Source of the DNA: an uncultured Verrucomicrobiae bacterium
GTDB taxonomy: Bacteria > Verrucomicrobiota > Verrucomicrobiia > Chthoniobacterales > UBA10450
NCBI GenBank assembly: GCA_963756875.1
Contig: CAVWPA010000003.1
Span: 736,001 to 800,000, forward strand
Direction of reading: 5' to 3'
Length of the DNA stretch: 64,000 nt
Below are positions 30,861 through 41,275 of the stretch, in pieces (position 1 is the stretch's first letter; each line of letters opens with the position of its first letter). The position numbers were made by a program, and so were the translations under genes. The notes under the pieces were generated by a model. The model did not search any database. It was given only the letters and a program-made list of their open reading frames with translations, and was not told the origin of the DNA.

Positions 30861-31566
30861 GATGCGCTGGCCATGTGGGTGGCTGCTGATGATGCGGCCG
30901 TCCTGCATCTCGTGAATCCAATCGCACGCTTCGGCGATGGCCGGATTATGGGTAACAAGAAGCAGCGCCTTGTGCCCGCTGTGGCACCAGATCCTGCAAA
31001 AGATCAAAGGCGCGTATGCGAGTTGCTGAGTGTCGAGATTTCCAGTCGGTTCGTCGGCCAGAATGACGCGCGGATCGTTGGCCAGGGCCCGTGCGATCGC
31101 CACCCGCTGTTGTTCGCCGCCGGAAAGATGACGGCTCGGACGTCGTGATCTTGTCCCCGAGATCAACCGCTTCGAGCAGCATCGCGGCGCGATCATTCAT
31201 TTGCGACTCGGTCAGCTGGCCGAGTTGACGCATGGGAATCGTGACATTTTCCTGCGCGCGTGAAATCCTCCATCAAGAAATGGAATTGAAAGATGAAGCC
31301 AATCAGCTTCGTTACGCCTTTGCGCCAATTGATCGTCGGCCATATGCGATACCGGTTCCGATTCAATTTCGACCCAGCCGTTGTCCGGGTGATCGAGCAA
31401 TCCGAGAATATAAAGCAGAGTGCTCTTGCCACAGCCGGACGGACCGACCACGGCGTGAATGCTGCCGGGTTCGAGCTCGAGAGAAACTCCGCGCAGCGCG
31501 TGCACGCGCGATTCCTCTTCGCCGAGGTAACGCTCAATTTCCTCGACAATTCAGACAAAGACTCAT
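30852..31566 (-). CDS. ABC transporter ATP-binding protein (LolD/MacB type), multiply frameshifted
   Basis: [46 protein letters not shown] fragments across frames. Confidence 0.8.
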
Positions 31567-32813
31567 ACGCTCGATCCGCGCAAGGTTGCGACAGGTGGGA
31601 ATTCAGCCGCGCGCCGGGCGGGCACGTAGCTGGCGATGAATACGGCGACGAATCGCGAGCAATGTTGCCCAGACGATAATGCCGCCAATCCCAAATCACC
31701 AAAAAGTGATTGGCATAGATCAACCCGCGAATCCGGATGGGAATCTGCGAAACGCCGCCACGTCATGAGTCGCGCCGAGCAAACAGCCAATCACGGAACC
31801 GGCGACGGCGATGAGCGCGCCCTGCCAGAGGAAAATCGCGCTGATATCGATTCGCCGATACCCCATTGAACGCAAAATTGCGATCTCCCGTAACCTTCGC
31901 CAGGACGACATGGTGAGGACATTGAAAATGCCGAACCCGGCGAGCAAAATGATGAGTGAGACGGTGATGGCGGCGGAAATTCGCAGTGTGAAAAAGATCT
32001 GTAACGTCGATCCTTCGCGCTCCTGCCAACTGAGCGGACATGTGACGGAAAAGCTCTTCAAAATGCCGCGCCAGCGCTGGAGCGCGCTCCGGATCACGCA
32101 GTTTATAAATGATCATGGAGGCGGCGAAGGGCCGGTGCAGCAAACTTTGCGCGACTTTGACGTGTGAATAGACGTCGGGTGGAATCGATCGATCCGACGC
32201 CGCTAGCGGGCAATCGCGGCGACTGTGAAGCGCCAATATTCTCCCGTCGGGAGAGAGCAGTTGAACCGTCTCTCCAACGCCGACATCCAGATGATCGGCC
32301 AGTTGTTCGCCAACAATCACGGCATTTGGGTTGTTTCGAAAGTCGTCATAATTTCCGTCGACCAGTTCCTGGCCGAGATCGCTCGTTTGCAGCTGCAAGG
32401 CCGGGTTAATTCCAAAAAGATCGACCGTTGCGTTTTCAAAACCGGCGCGTGCGCTGACTGTTCCGCGGAGAACCGGCGAGCAAGCAAACCACGTTGGAAA
32501 ACTGACGGCTCACGCGCATGATCTCGCTAGCATCGTCGATCCCCTCGAAATAAAGACGATGCGCGGCGGCCGGGTTGCGATTCTTGGCCGGCCACGACAG
32601 ATCGCTATAGCGAGGACGGAATCGGCTCGCGCATGACCATGGCGCCGTTGCTTCCAATCGTCGAATTGATGAAATGCTTGCGCAAAGCCCTGCGTTTGCG
32701 CCTGAGTGCAGATAAAAATGGCGACCCCGAAAACGACGCCGCTGAGACTGAGAAGAAACGCACGCTTGCGATGCGTAAGAAATCGCAAGCGCAATATAGA
32801 GCGACGGAGTCAC
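31563..32813 (-). CDS. ABC transporter permease (FtsX/LolCE/MacB type), multiply frameshifted
   Basis: LSLSGVVFGVA, GFGIFNVL...REIAILRSMG, ASYVPARRAA...PV..LRG fragments. Confidence 0.75.
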
Positions 32814-33962
32814 TTTGTAGGTTTCGAGGTGGCCACACGACGTTGACGCGCCGGCTGCCCCGGCCGCAGACGATCCTGATCTGCCACAACGACACGATCG
32901 CCTCGGCGAAAGCCCACTGAGGATTTCCGTGAAATCGAGCGTGCGGAATCCAATTTTCACCGTGCGCTTTTGCACGATGCCGTGCTTGATAATCAGCGCC
33001 TGATCCACAAGCAATGCCCGCGTTGGCACCAGGATGGCATTTTCATGTGTGCCGGTAATAATGTTCATTTCTCCTGTCATGCCTGCCATCAAGATTGTCG
33101 GGCGGCTTTTCCAGTTTGCAGGATGATCGTGTAGCGCTGCGTTTCCGGATCCGCCGCCGGTTGAACGGAGGAGACCGTGCGATGAAACTCTGGGTGCGAT
33201 AGGCGTAGAGTTGCACCTTTGCCTTCATTCCCGGCTTTACTTCGCCCACATCTTCTTCGTTTACTTCTCCGCGAACGTAGTTTTTGCGCGACGAAACGGT
33301 GAAGAGGTGGTTGCCTTGCCGACGAATTCGCCATTGATGGTCTGCACCGCGGTGAGGAGACCGTCCATCGGCGCCCGAATCTCCGAGTTCTTCATTTGCG
33401 CCTCCAGTTTTTTGCAGTTTGCGTCCAGGGCTTCAAGATTCCGGTCGCGCTCGATTCGTTCATTTTCAACCGCGCCGTGTAACCGATTGACTTCGCTCTT
33501 CGCTTTTTCGTACTCGACCGCCGGCACATTGCTCAGCGCGGCGAGTTTCTCCAGGCGCTGTAAATTATCCTCCGCCGCTTTGAGCGGCTCGTCCGAAGGA
33601 AGCGGGAGTTTGGCGCGCTCCATCGCCGCCTCAAGGTCCGTTCGCGCCTGCTTCAGTTGTCGCGCGGTCGCCTCGTCGGCGATCACGGCCAGCAACTGGC
33701 CCTTGGTCACGCTTTGCCCAATGGCGCCGCGTCCGGCAGAAAAAGCGTCCGCCAAACGGATAAATCCGGAATTCTGCGCGCGTACATGCACCACAAAAGT
33801 CGGTTCGATCCGCACTGTTCCGTAAACTGCCTCGATGGCCGTGCCCCGGCGCACGGGTGCGACTTCCGCCACCGGCAGCATGAAATAATACGCCAGGAAG
33901 AAAATCAGGGCGAGTAACGCGGCACCGCCCCATAAAACTGTCTTTGATTGCGGCAACTTCAA
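32810..33962 (-). CDS. Efflux RND/MacA-type periplasmic adaptor subunit, frameshifted
   Basis: N-terminal TM, V.KGQLLA, coiled coil, IRAPMDG, GMTGE..I...LVP..AL, V.IG...EILSGL. Confidence 0.8.
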
Positions 33963-33971
33963 CTGCTGGAA

Positions 33972-35309
33972 CTAATGCACGTTTTGCGGGGTGTCGTCGG
34001 AAAATTGAAAATAGCGGCCGGTGGCCCGGTCCCATTCCGCTAGTAAGACATCGTGTTCGTAGGAAGCGTTCAGAAGACCGCTCTTGATTTTGAGCAAGCC
34101 GGTCTCGGCCACCCGATACTCGAGCTCCGACAGAACGCCCGCAGCAAGATTTTGCTGCACCGTGGAAGCGTTTTGTTCCGCGGCGGCCAGTGCCGCGCTG
34201 AGCGACGCTTCCCGCTGCTGGACGGCTTCCAGATTATTATGAATACGGGAGAGCTCGTTGCCGACATTGGCTTCCAGCTTTTTGCAAGTGACCTCGTTTA
34301 TCTCCCGTGCTTTGCGTTGCCTGATCACTGCTCCTGTCACTTTGCCGTTATCGATCACCTGCCAGGTATATTCCGCACCCTCTCGAATTTCCGATGAGAT
34401 AAAATCCTGGTTCCGGCTGGTGGAACCTTCGCGATGAATCCCGGAAACGGGGAGATAATCGCCCGTCACGGTCCCGGTAGCGACAGGGTAGTATCCGGCC
34501 TCGATGATCCGCTGGTCTTCGTTGGCGGCGCGGACAAGTAGTCGGGCGAGCTTGATATCCGCCCGCCGCTTCAGCGCCCCTGCCGTTTCCGCGCGAACAT
34601 CGAAGGCCACCGGCCCAAATTGCAGGTCCCCTTGGGGTTCGGGCAAAGTGGATTCCGGTCCGAGGTCGCTGCCCATCGCCTCTGCCAACTTTAGCTGCGC
34701 CCCGGCGTAACCTCGTTGCGCGCCTCCGATTTGCGAATCCAGTTCGCGAGCTTGCACTGTGGCACCTGTGGCCACGCTGCGGTCGACCAAGCCGGCTTCG
34801 TAACGGCTGTTTTGAGTAGCGGCATTCTCATCGAGACGATGTCGCTGCTCTTCGCGAATGGATTGCAGCCTGCGGTTGTAAAGCGCCATGTAAAATGCCA
34901 GTCGCGTGGCGTGCAGTTGTTCCACGACTGCCACGTTCAACTGTTGCTCCGCGATTAAAACGTCGACATTCCCGAGGCGGACCGATGCCGGAATCGCAGC
35001 GTTAAACAAGGCCTGAGTAAGGGAGCCGCGCGCGAAAGCGAACGCTTTGAACGAACTTTCTCCTGCTCGATGTCCTCCCTGAATGCCGGCCGGCACGCCA
35101 ACTTTTGCGCTTGGCCACACGATGGAGCGGAGGATGAGCCGCTCCCCGGATGCCTGTTCCAGGTTTGCTTTTGCCAGCTGGATGGCGGGATTTTTTTCCA
35201 GTGTCGTTTGCAACACTTGTTCCAATGTCACCGCGCTCGCTGCGGCCAGCATCGAGAGCAAGCAACCGACAGCGACCGCGGTTGTGTAACGACATGAATT
35301 ATTCATCAC
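33972..35309 (-). CDS. TolC family outer-membrane factor
   Basis: Signal peptide, TLEQ.L...LE.NP, RYEAG, R.D...A repeats, terminal RATG. Confidence 0.85.
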   Translation of the reverse strand: MMNNSCRYTTAVAVGCLLSMLAAASAVTLEQVLQTTLEKNPAIQLAKANLEQASGERLILRSIVWPSAKVGVPAGIQGGHRAGESSFKAFAFARGSLTQALFNAAIPASVRLGNVDVLIAEQQLNVAVVEQLHATRLAFYMALYNRRLQSIREEQRHRLDENAATQNSRYEAGLVDRSVATGATVQARELDSQIGGAQRGYAGAQLKLAEAMGSDLGPESTLPEPQGDLQFGPVAFDVRAETAGALKRRADIKLARLLVRAANEDQRIIEAGYYPVATGTVTGDYLPVSGIHREGSTSRNQDFISSEIREGAEYTWQVIDNGKVTGAVIRQRKAREINEVTCKKLEANVGNELSRIHNNLEAVQQREASLSAALAAAEQNASTVQQNLAAGVLSELEYRVAETGLLKIKSGLLNASYEHDVLLAEWDRATGRYFQFSDDTPQNVH

Positions 35310-36736
35310 TGGTTCAATTTTTTAGGCGGACGAGCCACGGCAAGCGCCTGCGCCGCATCGCGATCCTGGCGCGTTTTTTTCGCGTTTGATGGTTCAAAGT
35401 CGAGAGCGTCGGGACTGGTCGCGCACGCATGGGCGAGCCGCGCCAGTGCAATATTGTTTAAATAGATTGCGCTGAGTCGCGTCGTACGGGTTCTGGTGAC
35501 GTCCGAAGCGGCTTGCAAAACATCGAGCTGCGTTCCCAATCCCGCGGCCAGGTTTGCTTTCGCGATTTCCAGGGATTGGTCGGCCGTCGCCACATTTTTC
35601 GTTTCCGATTCGAGAACACGCCCGGCCTGTTGCAGATCGAGAAACGCGCTGCGCACCTCCGACGCGACCGCAAGCCGTGTGGCCCTCAGCATTTGCACCG
35701 CAGCTTCCCGCCGGGCCCGTGTCGCCTGCATGCGCCCTTTCGTGGCAAACCCGTCGAAAAGGTGCCAGGTCGCGTTGACGCCGACGAGATACCCATGATT
35801 GAATTCGGGACCGACCGCGGGATCCCGCTCGCTGTAGACTTCGTAGCCTGAGAAAAGCTGCACGTGCGGACGGAGTTCGCTGCGGTCCACGGTGTATTGT
35901 TGGTCCTCGATCTCAATATCTTTCTCCCGGGCCTTAATTTCGGGCCGTTCCGTGTCGGCGCGCGCCAGGCATTCATTCAAGTCAGGGTGCCCTCCTTCGT
36001 ATTGTAATTGGCCGGCTACTTCAAAGCGCGGTTGGTCCGATTCGGAGCGGAAATCGATTCCGAAAAGTTCGCCTAACCGCAGATACGAATTCTTCAACTG
36101 CGTCTGCGCGTTAACCAGTTCCGGTCTTTCATTGGCGAGCGCGACTTCGGCCCGTTGCACGTTCAACGTCCCCACGATGCCGGCCTGCAACCTCTGCTGT
36201 TGCGTCTTGAGCTCCTCTTCCAGGACGCCCACGGAATCCTGGCGCACGTGTACCTTTGCTCGATTCAGCAGAAGGTCGTAAAACCCGATCCGAACGTCCA
36301 TGGCCACGCGGTTTTTGATTTCTTCCAGCTCGTCGCTCTGTTTCTCGATATTGAGTTCGGCGATTGCCATCTGGCTGGAAACTGCGCCGCCGGTGTAAAC
36401 ATTTTCCAAGGCGCGCACCGAAGCGTTATAGTCTTCGTTTCTGAGACTGGTCTGAGTTTGGGTCTGTCTCTTGTCGGCAAAGCCGGTCGAAACGACCGAT
36501 GGCAGAAAACCGGAGCGCGCTTCGATCAAACCACCGCGCGCCGCTTCAAGTTTTTTGCGGGCGATAACGATCTCCGGGTTCTGCTCTTCCGCCAGAGAAA
36601 CACCCTGGTCGATACTGTAAGTGGTGGCCTCTCCGCTGGCTGCAGGGAGCCAGGAAATGGCCGCGAGCAAGCCAGCGGCAACGTAGGGCCCCCACCGGCC
36701 CCGTCTTATCCCCCATACGGAGCGTTCCTTATGCAC
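35306..36736 (-). CDS. TolC family outer-membrane factor
   Basis: A.EQNPEI, SGFLP, RPEI, W.LFDG, AGLGTQLDVLQA. Confidence 0.88.
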   Translation of the reverse strand: MHKERSVWGIRRGRWGPYVAAGLLAAISWLPAASGEATTYSIDQGVSLAEEQNPEIVIARKKLEAARGGLIEARSGFLPSVVSTGFADKRQTQTQTSLRNEDYNASVRALENVYTGGAVSSQMAIAELNIEKQSDELEEIKNRVAMDVRIGFYDLLLNRAKVHVRQDSVGVLEEELKTQQQRLQAGIVGTLNVQRAEVALANERPELVNAQTQLKNSYLRLGELFGIDFRSESDQPRFEVAGQLQYEGGHPDLNECLARADTERPEIKAREKDIEIEDQQYTVDRSELRPHVQLFSGYEVYSERDPAVGPEFNHGYLVGVNATWHLFDGFATKGRMQATRARREAAVQMLRATRLAVASEVRSAFLDLQQAGRVLESETKNVATADQSLEIAKANLAAGLGTQLDVLQAASDVTRTRTTRLSAIYLNNIALARLAHACATSPDALDFEPSNAKKTRQDRDAAQALAVARPPKKLNQ

Positions 36737-36921
36737 AGAAATCGGTTTTGATTAAATTGTCTTGCATCGTAGCCTCAGCTACGTCACTTTCCACGCTCAA
36801 ATCGATGGGTTTCCCCAACCGGGCGGAGCCTAACATTTTACTTGGTAACCACATTTCCATAACTAATACTTTTTGCATCTTGCCCGAAGCTCATGGCTGT
36901 GGGTAGGATTTCTTTTTCCCA

Positions 36922-38025
36922 ATGAGAAAGATCAGAATCGCCATTGTCGGGGTGGGCAACTGTGCCAGTTCGCTCGTCCAAGGAATAAACTTCTATCGCG
37001 GCTCCTCCGTCAATGGCACTTCTGTCGGACTGATGCATCGCCAGATCGGCCCCTATCGACCGGGCGACATCGAGGTGGTCGCAGCATTTGACATCGATCG
37101 CCGGAAAGTCGGCCTCGACGTCAGCCGGGCCATCTTTGCGCCGCCCAATTGCACGAAAATCTTCTGTGAAAAGGTCAATCTCACGGGGTCCATCGTGAAA
37201 ATGGGTTGCGTATTCGATAGCTTCGCCCCGCATATGGCCGAGCAGGACCCGCTGCGGACCTTCCTGCCGCTGGAAAAGGAGTCCACCCGGGAGCAGATCA
37301 TCGCGGAGCTGAAAGATTCGTGCACTGAGATCATGGTCAATTACCTCCCCGTCGGCTCCGAGGAAGCGACGCGGTTTTACGCCAGCTGCGCGCTCGAGGC
37401 TGGGGTAGCCTTCGTGAATAATATGCCTGTCTTTATTGCGAGCGACCCGGTTTGGGCAAAACGCTTCGCCGATAAAAATTTGCCGGTTGTTGGGGACGAT
37501 ATCAAGGCACAACTCGGCGCGACCGTTCTGCATCGCACCATTGTCGATCTGTTCCGCAAGCGCGGCGTCAAAGTCGAGCGTACCTACCAATTAAATACCG
37601 GCGGAAACACCGATTTTCTGAACATGCTCAGTCGCACGCGGCTGAGTTCCAAAAAAACGTCCAAGACCGAAGCCGTTCAATCGGTCATGGGTGAGCGGCT
37701 TGCCGATGAAAACATTCATATTGGCCCGAGCGACTATGTCCCTTGGCAGCTCGATAACAAGATTGCCTTCATTCGGGTCGAGGGCCGCCTTTTTGGCAAC
37801 GTTCCGATGGAGCTCGACCTCAAGCTTTCGGTCGAAGATTCGCCGAACTCCGCAGGCATTGCCATCGACGCCATCCGCTGCTGCAAGCTGGCGCTCGATC
37901 GCGGGATCGGCGGCGCGTTGCATTCGCCATCCGCTTATTTCGCCAAGCATCCGCCCGTGCAGATGACCGACGACGAGGCCTATCGCTGCGTCGAACAGTT
38001 CATCCGCGGGGACCGCGAAAGCTAA
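36922..38025 (+). CDS. ino1: myo-inositol-1-phosphate synthase
   Basis: AIVGVGNCASSLVQG, NYLPVGS, GDDIK.Q.GAT, YQLNTGGNTDFLNM, SKK.SKT, HIGPSDYV, EDSPNSAG. Confidence 0.95.
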   Translation: MRKIRIAIVGVGNCASSLVQGINFYRGSSVNGTSVGLMHRQIGPYRPGDIEVVAAFDIDRRKVGLDVSRAIFAPPNCTKIFCEKVNLTGSIVKMGCVFDSFAPHMAEQDPLRTFLPLEKESTREQIIAELKDSCTEIMVNYLPVGSEEATRFYASCALEAGVAFVNNMPVFIASDPVWAKRFADKNLPVVGDDIKAQLGATVLHRTIVDLFRKRGVKVERTYQLNTGGNTDFLNMLSRTRLSSKKTSKTEAVQSVMGERLADENIHIGPSDYVPWQLDNKIAFIRVEGRLFGNVPMELDLKLSVEDSPNSAGIAIDAIRCCKLALDRGIGGALHSPSAYFAKHPPVQMTDDEAYRCVEQFIRGDRES

Positions 38026-38053
38026 GAAGCCGACTCCTGTTTTTGAGATGGCT

Positions 38054-41000
38054 TCAAAGCCCCGGTAATTCCAACTGCGCACGTGGTCCGTCCGGTTGGC
38101 GGTCGAGATCTGGCGCAACTACTGTGTCGAACTCGTTAGCCGCCAATTTTTCCAGGCGCGCCCACTCCTGCGCCAGTTCATCGGTTTCGTAACGAACAAG
38201 CGCGCCGGCGGCAGTCGAATAGATCGCTGCGGTGACATCCATTTTGGTTATCTCGCCGATCGCTTTCCAATAGGCAGTCAGCTGCGGAAGATAGTAGGCG
38301 CGCAACTTCTCGATTCGGTCCGCCGTGATATCGTTTGTTTTCCAATCGAGGAGCGACCACTTCTTTTTCGCCGGATCGAACAGAGCAAAATCGATAACGC
38401 CTTCCAGGCATCGACGATCGTTTGTTGCCCAGAGAAAGGGCATTTCCACACGCACGATCACAGCGGCGTCGCGAAGATCCGGGCCGAGATCGGCCAGGTT
38501 CGGAATCCTGCCTCGAAACACCTCCCATTCTTTAATTGACCGGTTTTTGTCGGGCGAACGCGGATGCGCATCCTGGAAAACTTTATCCCAGGCGGCCGGA
38601 TCGGCCTTCCAGGGAACCTGCTGAACGAACTCGTGCCACCAAATGCCGTACTGTGTCGCGACGCTCGGCACGGTGGCCGCGCGGAATTCGCGCTCCGTCT
38701 CTTTCCATTTGTCAGCGCCGGTGCTTTCGATTTCCTGCGTCGCGGGTATCAGGCTGCTGGGCAGGAATTTCCGGGGAAACTTTTGGGCCCGCTCCCGCGC
38801 TCTCGGCAGCAGGGCTTCAGTCAGCGGAGCGAATTTCTCCGGCTTCGTATCGGCTTGCGCTTTGGCGGATTGATGGGTGCGCGTTTTAGCACAACCGACT
38901 GCGTTCGCCTCCAATTCATCAACGTGCGGTTCATTCGGCTGCGTCTGATCCGCCCGAAACCATTTGGTTAGTGAAGTTCTGGATACCGTCCCGTCGGCCT
39001 TCGCAAAGAGTTCACGGTCGGCCGCAACGACGAGTGTGTGTCGCGCCCGAGTGAGCGCGACATAAAGCAATCGTTCCATTTCCTGGCCTTGGGCCTTTTT
39101 GAGTACGTCTTTTTTCTCTTTCGGAACGTCACCTTTGCTGAATGCGACCGTCACTTCGCAATCGTGGCCGGCGGTGACAATGCGAGGGAAATCATCTTCA
39201 TCGGTATGGATGCGGCGCGAGAAAAACGGCACGATCACAGCGTCCCACTCGAGACCTTTCGCTTTTTGGCAGGTAATCAATTGAATCGCGTCCGCGCGCG
39301 GCGTCCTCGCCTCACGTTCTGTCGCAAAATTCGCGCGCAGCAGCTCTGAAAACTCCTCCAACGTTGCGCCTTCCGCTTCGGCCATGGCGGCCGATTCCAG
39401 CAGAACGTCGAGTTCCGCGTCGAGATCGTCGAAATCTTCCCGGGGAAGTTTTCGAAGCCGTTCCCTCAGAAAGGTTGCATCGAGCATGCGACGCACTGCG
39501 GTGAAAAGCGGCTTGTCCGCAATCTCGGCGTGGACACGGGCAAGCAAATCAACAGTCGTTGAAACGATGTCGTGCTTACCGGTTGGCGTTTCGATTTGGA
39601 AGCGGTCGCCGTCTCCATCGGCAAACAATGCCAGATCGTGATCGGAGATGCCAAAAACCTCGCGAAGCACGCCTGCGATTTCGAAGCCGCAGCGCGGCTG
39701 CGTCAGGATGGTTAGCAGCGCGGTGAACCACGCATGCGCCGGGCTATCTCCCATAACGTCCGTTTCCGATTGGATCTGGGAATCAATGGCGACCAAACGG
39801 AGCGCGTCCGCGATCGGCGCAAACCATTTTTTTCGCGGGCACAAAATAGCAACATGTTCCCACGACCTTGCGCGCAGGTTTTCGCAGCCGGTTTGGACAA
39901 TCCAGCGCGCCAGCTGGGCTGCCTCCGCTCTTGCCTTGTCGTTTTCGGGAGCTTTGATCTCCAGCTGCTCCGACGTGATGTCGAGTCGGATCACCTGACC
40001 CGGGAGTGCTTCCGGCCGCGGGTTGAGGTCGATGAAATCGACCTGACCCTCGCCACCGTTGAGAATCCCGCGAAAAGTCCTGTTTACGAAGCCGAGTTGC
40101 TCGCGATCGAGCCGGAACGTGACCGAAAATTTCAATTCCTCGCCAGCGCCGCTCGTTATCAGCGCGTTGTGAATCCGGCGATATTGGTTCAAATCGGCGC
40201 GATCGCCGTAGATCGATTGCTGAAAATCCCCAACCATGCAGAACCTTCCGGGACGCGGCGGCCCTTGAAGATTCTCCAGCCATCGTTGCGGCGCGTCAGG
40301 AGGGCGGGTGATTTCGAGCAGGATTTCAAACTGCTGGGGGTCGGTGTCCTGTGCCTCGTCGAGAATAACGATGTAGTCCTTGGCGCGGATGCGTGAAGCG
40401 GCCGCGCGACTCCGGGTGAGTTCGAGAGCGAGGACGATCTGATCGTCGAAAGTGACAACGCCACGCTCGGCGCGAAACTGTCGATAGCCGGCCTGGATCT
40501 CGGCCGCGACGGTCATGGCGCAGCAACTGAGCCATTCATTAAACTCGCGGAATGTTTCTTCCCACTTCTCGGCAAACTTTCCTTCCACGGTGCATTCCAT
40601 GAGCGGGAGAAAGTCCGCGCCTCGGTTGAGTCGCTTCTCCCAAGCCAGCAATGCGTCCTGCAACGCCTGGACCCGGGTCGCGTTTTTTGGAGCAACATGA
40701 TCATGCAACAGCGAAAGATCGATGTTCTTTGGGTAATCGATTTCGTGCCGCTCGAGCGAAAGCGGCAATTTGCCCCGCCGGCCCAGCTCCATCAGATCGC
40801 GCAACTGCACGTGGCGGAACAACGCCTTGCGATTCCCGGGTGAAAGCGAATGACCGAGCGAATGGGTGCGCTGGACGAAATCGTTCCACAATTCTTCATC
40901 GTCAGTGATTAACTCCAGCCGCGCCGGCAGACCGAGATGATGGCCGTGCGCGGCCAGAAGCTTCATGCAAAAACTGTGGATGGTGCCGAAAAATGCTCGA

Positions 41001-41275
41001 TTGAACGCAGCCAGTACGTCCGGCGAAACGTTGCTCTCAAAAATGCGCTGACGAGCGCGTTGCTGCATTTCGTCCGCCGCGCGATTAGTGAACGTCACGA
41101 CGACCAGCCGGGGAAACCATTCAACGGCGCGCTGTGGATCTTCTGCGATTTGCGCGATCCGGTCGGTAATCGCGGTGGTTTTGCCGGCGCCGGCTGCCGC
41201 GATAACGGAGAAATTCTTATCCAGCTCCTTCGCGAACCGGTCGCGTTGGGTCTGGTCTTGTGGCGCGGTTTTCAT
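38054..41275 (-). CDS. UvrD-type helicase-nuclease, AddA/RecB-like
   Basis: AAAGAGKT, TFTNRAA.EM, GTIHSFC, DEAQDT, VGD.QQSIY, KGLEW, LLYVALTRA, C-terminal GVID...DWKT nuclease. Confidence 0.9.
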   Translation of the reverse strand: MKTAPQDQTQRDRFAKELDKNFSVIAAAGAGKTTAITDRIAQIAEDPQRAVEWFPRLVVVTFTNRAADEMQQRARQRIFESNVSPDVLAAFNRAFFGTIHSFCMKLLAAHGHHLGLPARLELITDDEELWNDFVQRTHSLGHSLSPGNRKALFRHVQLRDLMELGRRGKLPLSLERHEIDYPKNIDLSLLHDHVAPKNATRVQALQDALLAWEKRLNRGADFLPLMECTVEGKFAEKWEETFREFNEWLSCCAMTVAAEIQAGYRQFRAERGVVTFDDQIVLALELTRSRAAASRIRAKDYIVILDEAQDTDPQQFEILLEITRPPDAPQRWLENLQGPPRPGRFCMVGDFQQSIYGDRADLNQYRRIHNALITSGAGEELKFSVTFRLDREQLGFVNRTFRGILNGGEGQVDFIDLNPRPEALPGQVIRLDITSEQLEIKAPENDKARAEAAQLARWIVQTGCENLRARSWEHVAILCPRKKWFAPIADALRLVAIDSQIQSETDVMGDSPAHAWFTALLTILTQPRCGFEIAGVLREVFGISDHDLALFADGDGDRFQIETPTGKHDIVSTTVDLLARVHAEIADKPLFTAVRRMLDATFLRERLRKLPREDFDDLDAELDVLLESAAMAEAEGATLEEFSELLRANFATEREARTPRADAIQLITCQKAKGLEWDAVIVPFFSRRIHTDEDDFPRIVTAGHDCEVTVAFSKGDVPKEKKDVLKKAQGQEMERLLYVALTRARHTLVVAADRELFAKADGTVSRTSLTKWFRADQTQPNEPHVDELEANAVGCAKTRTHQSAKAQADTKPEKFAPLTEALLPRARERAQKFPRKFLPSSLIPATQEIESTGADKWKETEREFRAATVPSVATQYGIWWHEFVQQVPWKADPAAWDKVFQDAHPRSPDKNRSIKEWEVFRGRIPNLADLGPDLRDAAVIVRVEMPFLWATNDRRCLEGVIDFALFDPAKKKWSLLDWKTNDITADRIEKLRAYYLPQLTAYWKAIGEITKMDVTAAIYSTAAGALVRYETDELAQEWARLEKLAANEFDTVVAPDLDRQPDGPRAQLELPGL

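Noticed and set aside
28281..33330. Programmed frameshifting or phase variation
   Set aside because: Too many indels, in runs too short for phase variation, and no consistent slippery motif.
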